64,000 nucleotides of DNA from an uncultured Acidobacteriota bacterium (GTDB lineage Bacteria; Acidobacteriota; UBA6911; RPQK01; JAPXNP01). Every line of letters begins with the position of its first letter. Within the stretch, counting starts at the first letter, position 1. The notes below the pieces were generated by a model that searched no databases, was not told where the DNA came from, and saw nothing but the letters and a program-made list of their open reading frames with translations. The stretch spans positions 32,001 through 96,000 of the forward strand of contig CAVZRV010000028.1 of NCBI GenBank assembly GCA_963777605.1, in the 5' to 3' direction. Positions 54,501 to 63,765 of this stretch are shown in pieces. The position numbers and the translations under genes are program-made.

Positions 54501-55429
54501 AGCCTCCGACCGGTAGCGAGCCGGGATCGAGAGCTCCCGGTCTCTCCGGATGATGCTGACCTCAGACCCGGCGGCCACTGCCAAGTCAATCGGGAAATCA
54601 CCGTCCAGGGCTCCGAGGGCAAGAGCCGAGATCCGGCTCGGAAATCGAATCTCTTCGGGTTCCTGGCGAAGGGCACCGCGGGGGCTTTGGAAAACGAGGA
54701 CGGTCGCTCCTCCTCTGCCGTCGATTCCCACCACGAGATCCGCAAGGCCGTCACGGCGGTTGACCTCCCCGCTGACGAGTGCGGTCACAACACCCGGAAG
54801 CTCAACCCGTTCCGGAGCGCCGAATCGTCCATCCCCTGAACCGGGCATCAGGAAAAGAGCGGCCTCGTCCGTGGCTACTACGACGAGATCGAGGTGCCAT
54901 CAGCATCGAAGTCGCCCGCAGCCATGAAGTTGGGAACGACAGGCGAGGACTGCACCATCGCCCCGGGCTCAAACGGGGTATCGGTGAAGACGCCCTCGGC
55001 CTTCCTTCGGAGTGCCTCCCGGCTGTTGGGATAGACCGCATCGACGCTCCCGCGGTGTAGAGCAACAATCCCACCATCCGGCCCGCCATACCCGCAAACG
55101 AGGTCGGGCATACAGTCCTCGTCGGAAATATCCCGACGTCAATGACAACGGATCGACCGATTGTGATGAAAGAAGAAACCGGAACGCGGGCTTCCCTTCG
55201 TACTCGGCTTCGACCGGCCGGCTCGACTGAAGGTTAATCCAGGGACGGCCCTGACCCATCGCACGGAGAACGGCGGAGGAAAGCTCTCCTCCGGACTTGC
55301 CCCAGCCAGACCCGTCCACAAGAAGGAAGAAGAAGGCAAAGGCAGAACCGCCCGGCAATCTTCGTCATCAAACTCGATCCGCCGCCGATCCGGCTCTTCT
55401 TTCTCCTCCGGCCGTTGTATCATGATCAC
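48518..55429 (-). pseudogene. Giant secreted protein, frameshifted as sequenced: FG-GAP module, CSLREA/beta-helix, Ig-like domains, helical region, DxDxDG Ca-binding repeats, C-terminal dockerin
   Basis: About eleven ORF pieces. GDFDADG, NRRDGLADL, CTFWAAIDESN, GNxIGTD repeats, NTSEFS, DSDGDGYGDGEE; C-terminus PGDLNRDDQLDVRDLV...ADVNGDGKIDMADAV. Start overlaps the upstream stop (ATGA). Confidence 0.8.
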
Positions 55430-58400
55430 TTCGGCTCCAGGACTGGGAACGTTGTCAGCAGTATTCCCTCCTGCTTGAGAGCAACTACGGCAATTGGGGT
55501 CGGCGATGTGACTTCAATCCGCCCTTCAAAGTCGGCCTGTCCAGTCAGCGAGTCGAACAACTCGGTGGCGAAGAGCGCCTGGTGCCGGCCCGCCGACAGA
55601 TCCTGAACGGTCGTTTCCAGGGTTTCTCCGTCTGGATCCAGGAGGGTCAGGGAGACCTCCGCACCGGCGGATGAAACGTTGGCAAGCGCGATCCCGGTGT
55701 TGGACCCGCCGCCGACCAGGAGCGGGAGGGTGAATGCCTTTCCGACCGGAGAGACCCCGACCGCCGTCTCGGACGAGGAACTCCCATCCGGCTTGACGGC
55801 GGTGAAAATCAGCGTGCCGCCGAGAGGGACCGTCGAACTGACCGGGGCGTAACCCGAGGCCAGTTCCCCCAGGCCATCGGTCTGAAGGAACAGAGCTCCA
55901 GCGGCTGGAATCTCCAGGTCGAAACTCGAACCGGTGCGGCTGTCGGTCAGCGTCAGCGCGAAGGGAGAACCGTCGGAGCGGAAGAATTCGATCTCTCCCA
56001 CCGCATCCGCCTCGGACCGGTTGACGAAGACCAGCGTGGTGACAAAGCTGCCCCCGGCAAACTGCCCGTTGGCAACCTGCGGAAACACGATCTCATTCTG
56101 GCCGGCTGAAGGCGGGGGGAGCGATTCGGAGGCGATCACCGAGCCACCGGAAAGCCCCGGCACGAGGCTGTTACCGGCCGCGTCCGAGACGTCTGCACCA
56201 ACCAGGTTGAAAGCGACGGCGGTCCCCACGGGGACACCCCCGTCGAGTCGAAGGGTCACGTTCGCCAAAACTCCTTCCGATCCCGACAGTGTGTCAAGGC
56301 CGCTCGAGAAGCCGGCTACCGTGATCCGGTTCGCCTCAATCGAGTAGCTCAGAGTGTGATTCCCGGCCAGGTCACCGGCGGAGACCACTCTGGACGCCGG
56401 TACGGAAAGCAGATCCGGGTTGAAAGCCAGCGTGAACCGAAAGGCCGAAACCCCGTCCCCTCCCTCGATCCGCACTGGAACGATAGCGGTACTTCCGGGG
56501 GGTGCCGATGCCGTGCCGACCGACAGCGCTACGCGCGTCGGTTCGAGGATCGTCAGGAATCCGTCGTCGGTCCCGCCATAGGTTGCCTGGACAGCATCCC
56601 TCACTGGAAAATCAGTCGAGTTGGTGCGGCCGACCAGGTAGATGTTGCCCGCCCCGTCCACATCCAGGTCAGAGATATCCTCGCTGGAAGACGAAGGGTC
56701 GCCGGTATCGCCTCCAAAGGAACTCGAGAAAAGGACGGACGGCGGATCGTCGGACGAAAAGACCGCAATGAACCCGTCACTGGTCCCGGGGGCCTTCGCG
56801 GCCTTCAACGGGGAGACCGTTGGGAAATCGTTGGAGTTCGTGAACCCGGCCAGATAGGCCTGTCCGTCATCCCCAACCCTCACCGCAAACGCCCAGGTCT
56901 GACCACCGCCCCCCAGGTACGTGGAATAGAGCAGTTGGTTTCCGCTCGACGAAAGTCGGCTCAGGAACGCATTTTCATATCCTTCCCGATCGAAGACGGT
57001 TGCGCCGGCAGTCACCGGAAAATCGTCCGAGCCTGTGAATCCCGTCAGGTAGATGCTTCCGTCCGGTCCCCGATCAATGCCCCGGATCTCGTCCTGGCTG
57101 CCCCCGCCCAGGTAGGTCGAGAAAAGAACCTGACCTCCGCTGGAACTGATCTTCACAACCGTGCCGTCGCGTCCTCCACCCGACGCCGGCTGCGCCGCTC
57201 CCGAGACCGGGAAATCGGTTGATTCAGTCAATCCGCCCAGGCAGAGATTGCCAGAACCGTCGAGCGACAGGGCCAGAAAGAGATCCAGCCCACTTCCGCC
57301 GTAGTAGGTGGAAAACCGAACTGACGAGCCCCCAGGGGCCAATTTCGTTGCGAAACCGTCATAGTCACCGTCGAGACCGGCCTTGAGGGCGTTGGACGTC
57401 GGGAAATCTGCCGATCGCGTGTAGCCTGCCAGGTAGATGTTTCCCGACGGATCGACCTGGATTCCCTCGATATTGTCGTCGCTGGAGCCTCCAAGATAGG
57501 ACGAGAAAAGAATCCGGGAACCGTCGGATGACAGCCTGGTGATGAATCCGTCTCTCGAACCGACCACCGGGCCTTGGTTGATGTCGCTCTGGATCGGTTT
57601 GACCAGCGGAAAATCGGCCGATTTGGTGGTTCCCGCGACGTAGGGAGTCCCGTCGGGCCCCACGGCCAACTCCCACCCATACTCCTCGCGGTCGCCCCCG
57701 AGGTAGGTTGCAAACAGCAGTTCGCCGCCGCCGGGGCTGTACTTGGCAATGAATACATCACTTGAATAGAAGCCGGGGCGGTCACGCTTTTCCGACTGTA
57801 CCGGGTCGAGTGTCGGGAAATCGTCGGAGTAGGTGTCCCCGACCACAAAGATGTTGCCGTCGGAGTCGAGGGCGACGGACCGGATCGACTCACTGGCGCT
57901 TCCTCCCAGATAGGTCGACAGCCGAATGACCGGATCAACGGTCAGCTTTTGCTCCAGGTTTCGGTCGGGAATCCGAAATCCATAGCTCTGTCTGCCCCGG
58001 ATCTCGAACGTTCCGGGGACTCCGGTCCTCCCTTCCTGGAGCACAACGGGCGGACTTTGAACCAGGACGCGGTCACCCTGCCGAATAAGCAGGTTGCCAT
58101 CTTCGTCGAGTTCCAGCAAATCAGCCCCTTCAACCCGCATCTCGACCTGAGACAGGTCTCCAAAGGGCTCGAGAGTGAGGTCGTACTCGAGTTCCCCATC
58201 CCGACTGTAAAACCAGGCATCAACACCCGGGTAAATGTCGCGGTAAACGAGGCGCCGGAAGTGGGGAACGCCGGTATGCCATTCCTCCGGGGTTCGGCCT
58301 CGAAAGTAGTGGCTCCGGGCGGCGGTCTTTTCGACGCCGCGGGGTCCAGAGGAAGGCTCCGATCCGACAAATTGGAGCTGGACACCCTCCTTCGAGCCTC

Positions 58401-58617
58401 CCAAACCGATCGATACGCCGTCGTGCGAGAACCCGATCCCTCGCCTGCCCGCCCGCGCCAGGAAGAGGTAGTTCAAATCCACCTGTCCGCGATTCGCTTC
58501 GAAGGTGAAGTCCCGCTGCCGGATCGCCTTCCGAGCAACCGACAGGGCGACCGCCTGGCTCCAGACGCAAGACGCCAGGAGCAGCGCGATTGCCGGCAGA
58601 CTGTTCTGCGCCCTCAC
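55426..58617 (-). CDS. SBBP beta-propeller repeat protein + cohesin + C-terminal FPQ domain
   Basis: FEANRGQ...IYPGVD...DP head; about seven STYLGG...G.T.S.DFP repeats; APPGSTAIVPVRI...FTLAFNPDLL (cohesin); FPQVANG...NTGIALAN...LLTTFPV. Confidence 0.88.
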   Translation of the reverse strand: MRAQNSLPAIALLLASCVWSQAVALSVARKAIRQRDFTFEANRGQVDLNYLFLARAGRRGIGFSHDGVSIGLGGSKEGVQLQFVGSEPSSGPRGVEKTAARSHYFRGRTPEEWHTGVPHFRRLVYRDIYPGVDAWFYSRDGELEYDLTLEPFGDLSQVEMRVEGADLLELDEDGNLLIRQGDRVLVQSPPVVLQEGRTGVPGTFEIRGRQSYGFRIPDRNLEQKLTVDPVIRLSTYLGGSASESIRSVALDSDGNIFVVGDTYSDDFPTLDPVQSEKRDRPGFYSSDVFIAKYSPGGGELLFATYLGGDREEYGWELAVGPDGTPYVAGTTKSADFPLVKPIQSDINQGPVVGSRDGFITRLSSDGSRILFSSYLGGSSDDNIEGIQVDPSGNIYLAGYTRSADFPTSNALKAGLDGDYDGFATKLAPGGSSVRFSTYYGGSGLDLFLALSLDGSGNLCLGGLTESTDFPVSGAAQPASGGGRDGTVVKISSSGGQVLFSTYLGGGSQDEIRGIDRGPDGSIYLTGFTGSDDFPVTAGATVFDREGYENAFLSRLSSSGNQLLYSTYLGGGGQTWAFAVRVGDDGQAYLAGFTNSNDFPTVSPLKAAKAPGTSDGFIAVFSSDDPPSVLFSSSFGGDTGDPSSSSEDISDLDVDGAGNIYLVGRTNSTDFPVRDAVQATYGGTDDGFLTILEPTRVALSVGTASAPPGSTAIVPVRIEGGDGVSAFRFTLAFNPDLLSVPASRVVSAGDLAGNHTLSYSIEANRITVAGFSSGLDTLSGSEGVLANVTLRLDGGVPVGTAVAFNLVGADVSDAAGNSLVPGLSGGSVIASESLPPPSAGQNEIVFPQVANGQFAGGSFVTTLVFVNRSEADAVGEIEFFRSDGSPFALTLTDSRTGSSFDLEIPAAGALFLQTDGLGELASGYAPVSSTVPLGGTLIFTAVKPDGSSSSETAVGVSPVGKAFTLPLLVGGGSNTGIALANVSSAGAEVSLTLLDPDGETLETTVQDLSAGRHQALFATELFDSLTGQADFEGRIEVTSPTPIAVVALKQEGILLTTFPVLEPK

Positions 58618-59795
58618 TCGGGCACCACCGGAAATGTCGTCAACAGGGCTCCGCTTTGCTTGAGTGCGATGGCGGCAACGGCCTCCGATGCCACCACCTG
58701 TATGAACCCGTTAAAGGCCTGCTGGGCAGGGATTTCGCTGAAGAACTCGCTGGCAAAACGCGGTACGTGCTCTCCGGGCGAAAGGTTCAAGGACCGGCTG
58801 CCGATGATCTGGCCGTCCGGCCGGTGCAGAGTCAGGGTCAACTGGATACTGGTCCGGCTCGTGTTGGCAAACGCGATCCCGGTGTTCGAAAGCCCGGGCT
58901 CAACCAGAATTGGCACCTTGAAGTGAGTCAGCAGCAGCGAGGCTCCCACTCCGGTTTCAGCGGTGGTCGTTCCGGCACTGTTGCGGGACGAAAAGAGCAA
59001 CGTACCTCCAATGGAGGCGGTTGCCCGAATTTCGGCGTATCCGATACCCAGAGCGCCGGAGGCATCCGTCTCCATGAAGACCGATTCCTGGGATCCCAGC
59101 GCAAATGGGAACACCGAGCCAGCCCGCCCATCCTGGAGTTGAACAACTAAAGGAGATCCATCGGACCGATACAACCGCACTTCGGCGTCGGTAGCGAGGC
59201 CGCTCAAGTTGGCGAAAATCAGCGTCGTGCGAAAGCTGCCGCCGGGATAGGACCCGTCAACAACCTGGGGAAAGAAGAGATCATTCGCTCCTCGCGCCGG
59301 CGCCAACGACCCAGCGCCCAAGGTCAAATTCCCGGAAACCGGCTGGACCTCCACCCGATTTCCCAGCCGATCAGAAGCCAGGACGTTTGACAACTGGACA
59401 GGGATCTGCACCCCGTTTGGAATGCCTGCCTGCAGGTTCACCCTCAACTGCAGAAGTGTCCCCCTGTCTGCCCCGAACTCGCTCGAGGACGCTGACGAAA
59501 CCAGGATTCTTGCCGACCCGTTTCGACGTTCAAATCCCAGAGTGTGGTCGGGCAGGAGAGATCCAGCAATCCAGAAGTCTTCCGCGGGCAGCGTCAAGCG
59601 GGAGTCGAGACCAAGCGTCAACTCGATCGCGGAGATGCCGGCTCCGCCTTCCAGGATGACAGGCACCACCAATTCCGTTCCTGCTGAGGCACCAAGGTTT
59701 GGGACCGTGAGTTGCGCCTGACCAAGTGCATGACTGCCAAGGCACAGCAACACCTCAGCAAAAAGGAAAGCCAGCAGTCTTCCGGTCGCTGCCAT
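58614..59795 (-). CDS. Secreted cohesin + FPQ-domain adaptor protein
   Basis: Signal peptide; AGTELVVPVIL...ISAIELTL (cohesin); FPQVVDG...NTGIAFAN...LLTTFPV. Same layout as 35713-36909. Start placed at MAATG. Confidence 0.82.
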   Translation of the reverse strand: MAATGRLLAFLFAEVLLCLGSHALGQAQLTVPNLGASAGTELVVPVILEGGAGISAIELTLGLDSRLTLPAEDFWIAGSLLPDHTLGFERRNGSARILVSSASSSEFGADRGTLLQLRVNLQAGIPNGVQIPVQLSNVLASDRLGNRVEVQPVSGNLTLGAGSLAPARGANDLFFPQVVDGSYPGGSFRTTLIFANLSGLATDAEVRLYRSDGSPLVVQLQDGRAGSVFPFALGSQESVFMETDASGALGIGYAEIRATASIGGTLLFSSRNSAGTTTAETGVGASLLLTHFKVPILVEPGLSNTGIAFANTSRTSIQLTLTLHRPDGQIIGSRSLNLSPGEHVPRFASEFFSEIPAQQAFNGFIQVVASEAVAAIALKQSGALLTTFPVVPE

Positions 59796-60372
59796 GAACA
59801 GTTCCAGCTCGTCGCGGTGACGATTTACCTGCTCGGACCCCAATTCATTCAAACAATCGGATAAGAATGCGGTCAGTCTAGCGGACGCAGAAGGAATCCA
59901 CCAGTATTTACCTGGAAATTCAATTGAAAGAGGTGGATAACTTGGACAATCTGGAAATTTGGAGCTCTGTTGCCGGGATTGCCATTGGAGCCAAAGCTAA
60001 CTCGTCTTTCCGTGCAAAATCCGTCAGCGGGCACACGAAACCCCCGGGCAAAGCCTCCGGCGGGGGCCAAACCCCTAACCCCATCCAGTAATTACGAACG
60101 TGTCGGAAAAAGTGCGAAGAAGCCCCGTAAAGAAAGGAAAAAGACGGCAAAGGCCCCGCTTTTGAAGGCATTGGCAGCGAAGGGGCCACCGGGGAGAAAG
60201 GATGCAGAAAAAATCCAGGGCGAGACGCTTCTCTGCCCGAGTTTGGAGACCACACCCCAAGGTCTGGCGTTCGCCCTCTCCCCCAGTTCGGAGGCTTCCC
60301 GCCGGAACGACCAAAGCAAACTTCAGCCTCCCGGTGATCCACCTCGCAGTCACGTTTCGGTATGAATTGAGA

Positions 60373-61446
60373 TTAGCGCTCGACCGACAGCAGCGCCCCT
60401 CTGGTGGCTATCAGTAGTGCCTGGGAGTCGGCTACTTCTCCGGCTTCTGCGATGACGGTGACATCGACGATCTCAGCTTTCGAGGTTCTGGGCCGGGAGT
60501 TGCCTTTCAGCGTAATCCTGGCGTTGGTGTCGTCCACCCTCTCAACCGCGCCCAAACCGACGCCGGGAGGAAGATTCTCAACGGACCAACGGCCTCGGGT
60601 CAACGTCTTCGCGAACTTCCCGTTGGTCAACTTTACGCTCACGATCCCGCCCTCTTCCTGGCCCAGCCTGATGGGAGCCGACTGGGAAAGCTTGATCGAA
60701 GGAGCCTTCGGATTCCGGCGATAGTACCGCACGTAATCGACCTTCCAATAGGCGGGCAACTGGCTGTCCGATTGCCGGACGTCTCCGGCCCAGCCATCGT
60801 ACTTGGCCTCGAGTGTCAGGTAGATCCAGTTCGGCTTATCTGCGGTCATCGTCCGTGTGATCCAGGTTCTCTGGTCGTCCACGAAGAAATCAAACCCTTT
60901 CTCGTGCCAGTCACCTGCAAACAGGTGCCAATCCGAACGGGATCCCTTGAATTGCACGCGGGCCCCTTCCCACTTGTGCCCGGTTCCGCTGCCCTGGTGA
61001 ATATTGTGCTCGACGATATCGTTTCGGTACGGGTCTTCCATGAAGTCCACCTCGGCACCGTCGTAGTTGGGGTTGTACGATTCCCTGCCCCACAACCAGA
61101 ATGCCCCCCAGTAACCGGGGACCGTGCTGAGATCTGCACGTGCCTCGTAGTAGCCCCACTGGAACGATTCCTTCGTCCGGATGAAACCGAGGTGGTACTT
61201 GCCGTCCTCCGCCTTCCGGAGCCGCAGGACCAGGTGCCCCTCGCCGTCGAGGTAACTGTCGTCCGGGTCGTTGAAGGCGTTTCGACGGTCACCCTCCTCG
61301 CACGTCCAGACGTCCCAATTGAGTTGCTTGCCGTTGAACTCGTCGTGGAAGACCAACTCCCAGCCGTCGCCGGGAGGGTCGGCAAGAAGGGGAATCGCGG
61401 ACAGAATAAGGCCCAGCATCAGGAATCGCACCGGGGAGTTCTTCAT
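60373..61446 (-). CDS. Glycoside hydrolase family 16 protein with C-terminal accessory domain
   Basis: WELVFHDEFNG, WGYYEAR, WGAFW, catalytic EVDFME, VDYVRYY. Start at MKNSP. Confidence 0.88.
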   Translation of the reverse strand: MKNSPVRFLMLGLILSAIPLLADPPGDGWELVFHDEFNGKQLNWDVWTCEEGDRRNAFNDPDDSYLDGEGHLVLRLRKAEDGKYHLGFIRTKESFQWGYYEARADLSTVPGYWGAFWLWGRESYNPNYDGAEVDFMEDPYRNDIVEHNIHQGSGTGHKWEGARVQFKGSRSDWHLFAGDWHEKGFDFFVDDQRTWITRTMTADKPNWIYLTLEAKYDGWAGDVRQSDSQLPAYWKVDYVRYYRRNPKAPSIKLSQSAPIRLGQEEGGIVSVKLTNGKFAKTLTRGRWSVENLPPGVGLGAVERVDDTNARITLKGNSRPRTSKAEIVDVTVIAEAGEVADSQALLIATRGALLSVER

Positions 61447-61752
61447 CCCAGAAAAGTACCACCAGGTTCTCCGACGCACAACCGCTAACCGGCACTTACG
61501 TCGGCGCCGACCTCCGAATTTCCGAGTCCCAAGCCGGAGGGTCCCCGGCAGTGCCATATCATTCAAAAAGCGCGACTTGGCCCGCCGTACCCGGGGACGT
61601 GGCTTCGCCTTACCCCCGGCTCTGTGTGCAGCGCCATCCTTTTGAACTCACCCCCTTCTCCAGCACCGAATAGATCCAGCCCCCATAAAAGACTTCCGCT
61701 CAACATCGGGCAATCCCTTGATGACGCCACCTCCCGATTCCCGGATTCTGCT

Positions 61753-62131
61753 TCACCGGTGGGACTTCTTCGCGGCGGCTTTGACCAGCATCTCTTCAAC
61801 TCGAAACCTCACAATCCTGGCGATCAGTTCAAATGGAATCGGTCGATCGAGGGGGAACTGAACCGCGCCCTTGGACCACTTGTAGTCAGTGAACTCGTCC
61901 TGGAAGTTCCGGATCCCGGAGGGGGTCGGGTAGAACCCGATGTGATTCTTGTGCGCCGCGAAGTGCACCAGATTTCCGTGCAGGGTGAAGGTCGGCATCT
62001 GGTAGCTGATGGTTTCTCTCGGCATCGGGCGCCGCCTTCCGGATCGTTTCGCCTGATCTCCGTCAAGATTTCCTGGATGGTCCGGTGGGAAACCGTCAAT
62101 GTACCCATCGATGGTCATGGGGGGATTTCAT
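61753..62131 (-). CDS. DUF1801 / YdhG-like iron-chaperone family protein (frameshifts in the 5' part)
   Basis: TIDGYI...ETISYQMPTF...LVHFAA.KNHIGFYP...SKGAVQFPLDRPIP. Confidence 0.85.
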
Positions 62132-62212
62132 GTCAGGTCTCATCAGCCTCCTTTCGAAGGAGAAGGACGTGGGGATGCAGGCTTTGTGGGAAATAAACCA
62201 AGGGACCAAACA

Positions 62213-62261
62213 GCAGCCTGTCCCCTTCTGCCTACTCCAGCGAAAAGCAGCCTGTCCCCTT
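62213..62261 (+). repeat. Two direct GCAGCCTGTCCCCTT motifs
   Basis: Exact 15-mers at 62213 and 62247, each followed by CCTACTC. Confidence 0.8.
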
Positions 62262-62265
62262 TTCC

Positions 62266-63765
62266 CTACTCAAGAGGAAGCGGGACTCCTTTCTGAGAAG
62301 TCCATCCCTTCAGGTAATTGAGGTAGACGTAGTCGATGCCGACGGTCTCCAGTGTGGTCGTCAGGGTCTGATTCAACAGCCTGTACTCTTTTTCGACGCG
62401 GGAGGTATTTTCATCGACGAACTCCTGAAGGAGGGCGACGGCCTGCTCGGCCGCTCCCTGATCGATTAACCGGCGCGCTTCGGCTTCGACCCGCTGCTGT
62501 CGCTGGAGTTCCCAATCTTCCGTCCGTGAAAAGACCGCCCTGGCGGCCGGAGCCAGCGCCTTATAGTTCAGATCGCACAGCAACTTCACCCGGTTTGCCG
62601 ACCACCAGGGTGAATCCTCGGAGTAGGTGCTCGTGCCCACGGAGTACTGGTCCGGCACCTTCGGCCCGTGCATGTAGAAGGGTTTAAAGACGTTGCAGCA
62701 TGGGTTGGAAAAGCTCGCCCAGTAGACCTGGCGCAACAACGGAGGCATGTCTGCCCGGAGATGGGCGACCATCGACGCGGCGCTGTGATAGCCGGAGTGT
62801 GCGGTGTCGTGCATGCAGGGCATTGGCCAGAATGCCTCGGACGCTCCCCACCTTGGTTCGGCGATCGTGCCCTCAAGATGGCTGCGGCTGATGCCCATCA
62901 TCGAGGACGGAGTAACTTTCCCGAAATCGCGTCTCAGGCACGACAGTGTCATGTTGCGACGAATCTGCATATTTCCGGGGTTGGCGGCGCCCTTTTCCCA
63001 GTAGTTTCCGTAATCCCGCGCGAAGTTGAAGTCGGCCGCAGACCGGGTCCAACCCATGTCCACGGCGTGCTGCACCAACTCAGGATGGGCCTCGTCCCAG
63101 TCACCCTCGATCGAGTATATGTTGGAGATGGAATAGACTCCGCTGGTGACCCGTTTGGCAACCCAGTAGCGACCAGCGGTCTCGAGGACCCAGGCCACGT
63201 TCGGGTCGGCAATGATAAAGCTGTTGTGATAGTTGGCCTTGCCCCATTCCCCCTCACGCTCACAGTCACCGCTTTGGCCGTACTTTTCGAGAAGACTGGT
63301 GATCACGTGGAGCGCTTCGTACGCGGTCTTTCCTCGCTCCAGCCCCAATCGGAGCAGATCCATTCCGAGCAGTCCGTCCCCCCACTGGTACGGTTCTTTC
63401 GACCAGACAGCCTCGTTCCCGATCGCGACGCCATGCTCGTTCATTCCCTCTTCATAACCAAAGGCCCACCAGATCTTGGAGCCGATATGTTCGTAGGTTT
63501 CGGGTACCTGGGGCACTTCGATGTAGGTCGCTTTCACCATCTCACCCGGTTGGTGATGACGGTGTGGGATGTGCACCAGCGGCTGGGCCTCCATTGCAGG
63601 CCGGTCACTGTTCTTGACGAGGATGATGGAACCATCTGCCGTGGCGTCGGGAAGTGCCACCCAGGTGTCGCACGAGGGCGTCTCCCGAACAACGGCATCC
63701 ATCTGAACAAACCCGGCGGAGGTAAACGCCAGCAGGAGTAACGCAAATGCAGCTTTTCTGATCAA
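62266..63765 (-). CDS. Peptidase C69 (secernin/dipeptidase) family, secreted
   Basis: SCDTWV Ntn cysteine, KNSDR, GMNEHGVAIGNE, GMDLLRLGLER, YHNSFIIAD. Confidence 0.9.
   Translation of the reverse strand: MIRKAAFALLLLAFTSAGFVQMDAVVRETPSCDTWVALPDATADGSIILVKNSDRPAMEAQPLVHIPHRHHQPGEMVKATYIEVPQVPETYEHIGSKIWWAFGYEEGMNEHGVAIGNEAVWSKEPYQWGDGLLGMDLLRLGLERGKTAYEALHVITSLLEKYGQSGDCEREGEWGKANYHNSFIIADPNVAWVLETAGRYWVAKRVTSGVYSISNIYSIEGDWDEAHPELVQHAVDMGWTRSAADFNFARDYGNYWEKGAANPGNMQIRRNMTLSCLRRDFGKVTPSSMMGISRSHLEGTIAEPRWGASEAFWPMPCMHDTAHSGYHSAASMVAHLRADMPPLLRQVYWASFSNPCCNVFKPFYMHGPKVPDQYSVGTSTYSEDSPWWSANRVKLLCDLNYKALAPAARAVFSRTEDWELQRQQRVEAEARRLIDQGAAEQAVALLQEFVDENTSRVEKEYRLLNQTLTTTLETVGIDYVYLNYLKGWTSQKGVPLPLE

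Noticed and set aside
33472-59795. Classical cellulosome
   Set aside because: No multi-cohesin scaffoldin, CBM3 or dockerin-bearing glycoside hydrolase in the window.
60040-60195. c-di-GMP-I riboswitch-like words (GCAAAGCCTCCGG; GACGGCAAAG...TGGCAGC)
   Set aside because: They are on the strand opposite to the downstream operon and I could not build the GNRA-capped first stem. An Infernal/Rfam scan would decide.
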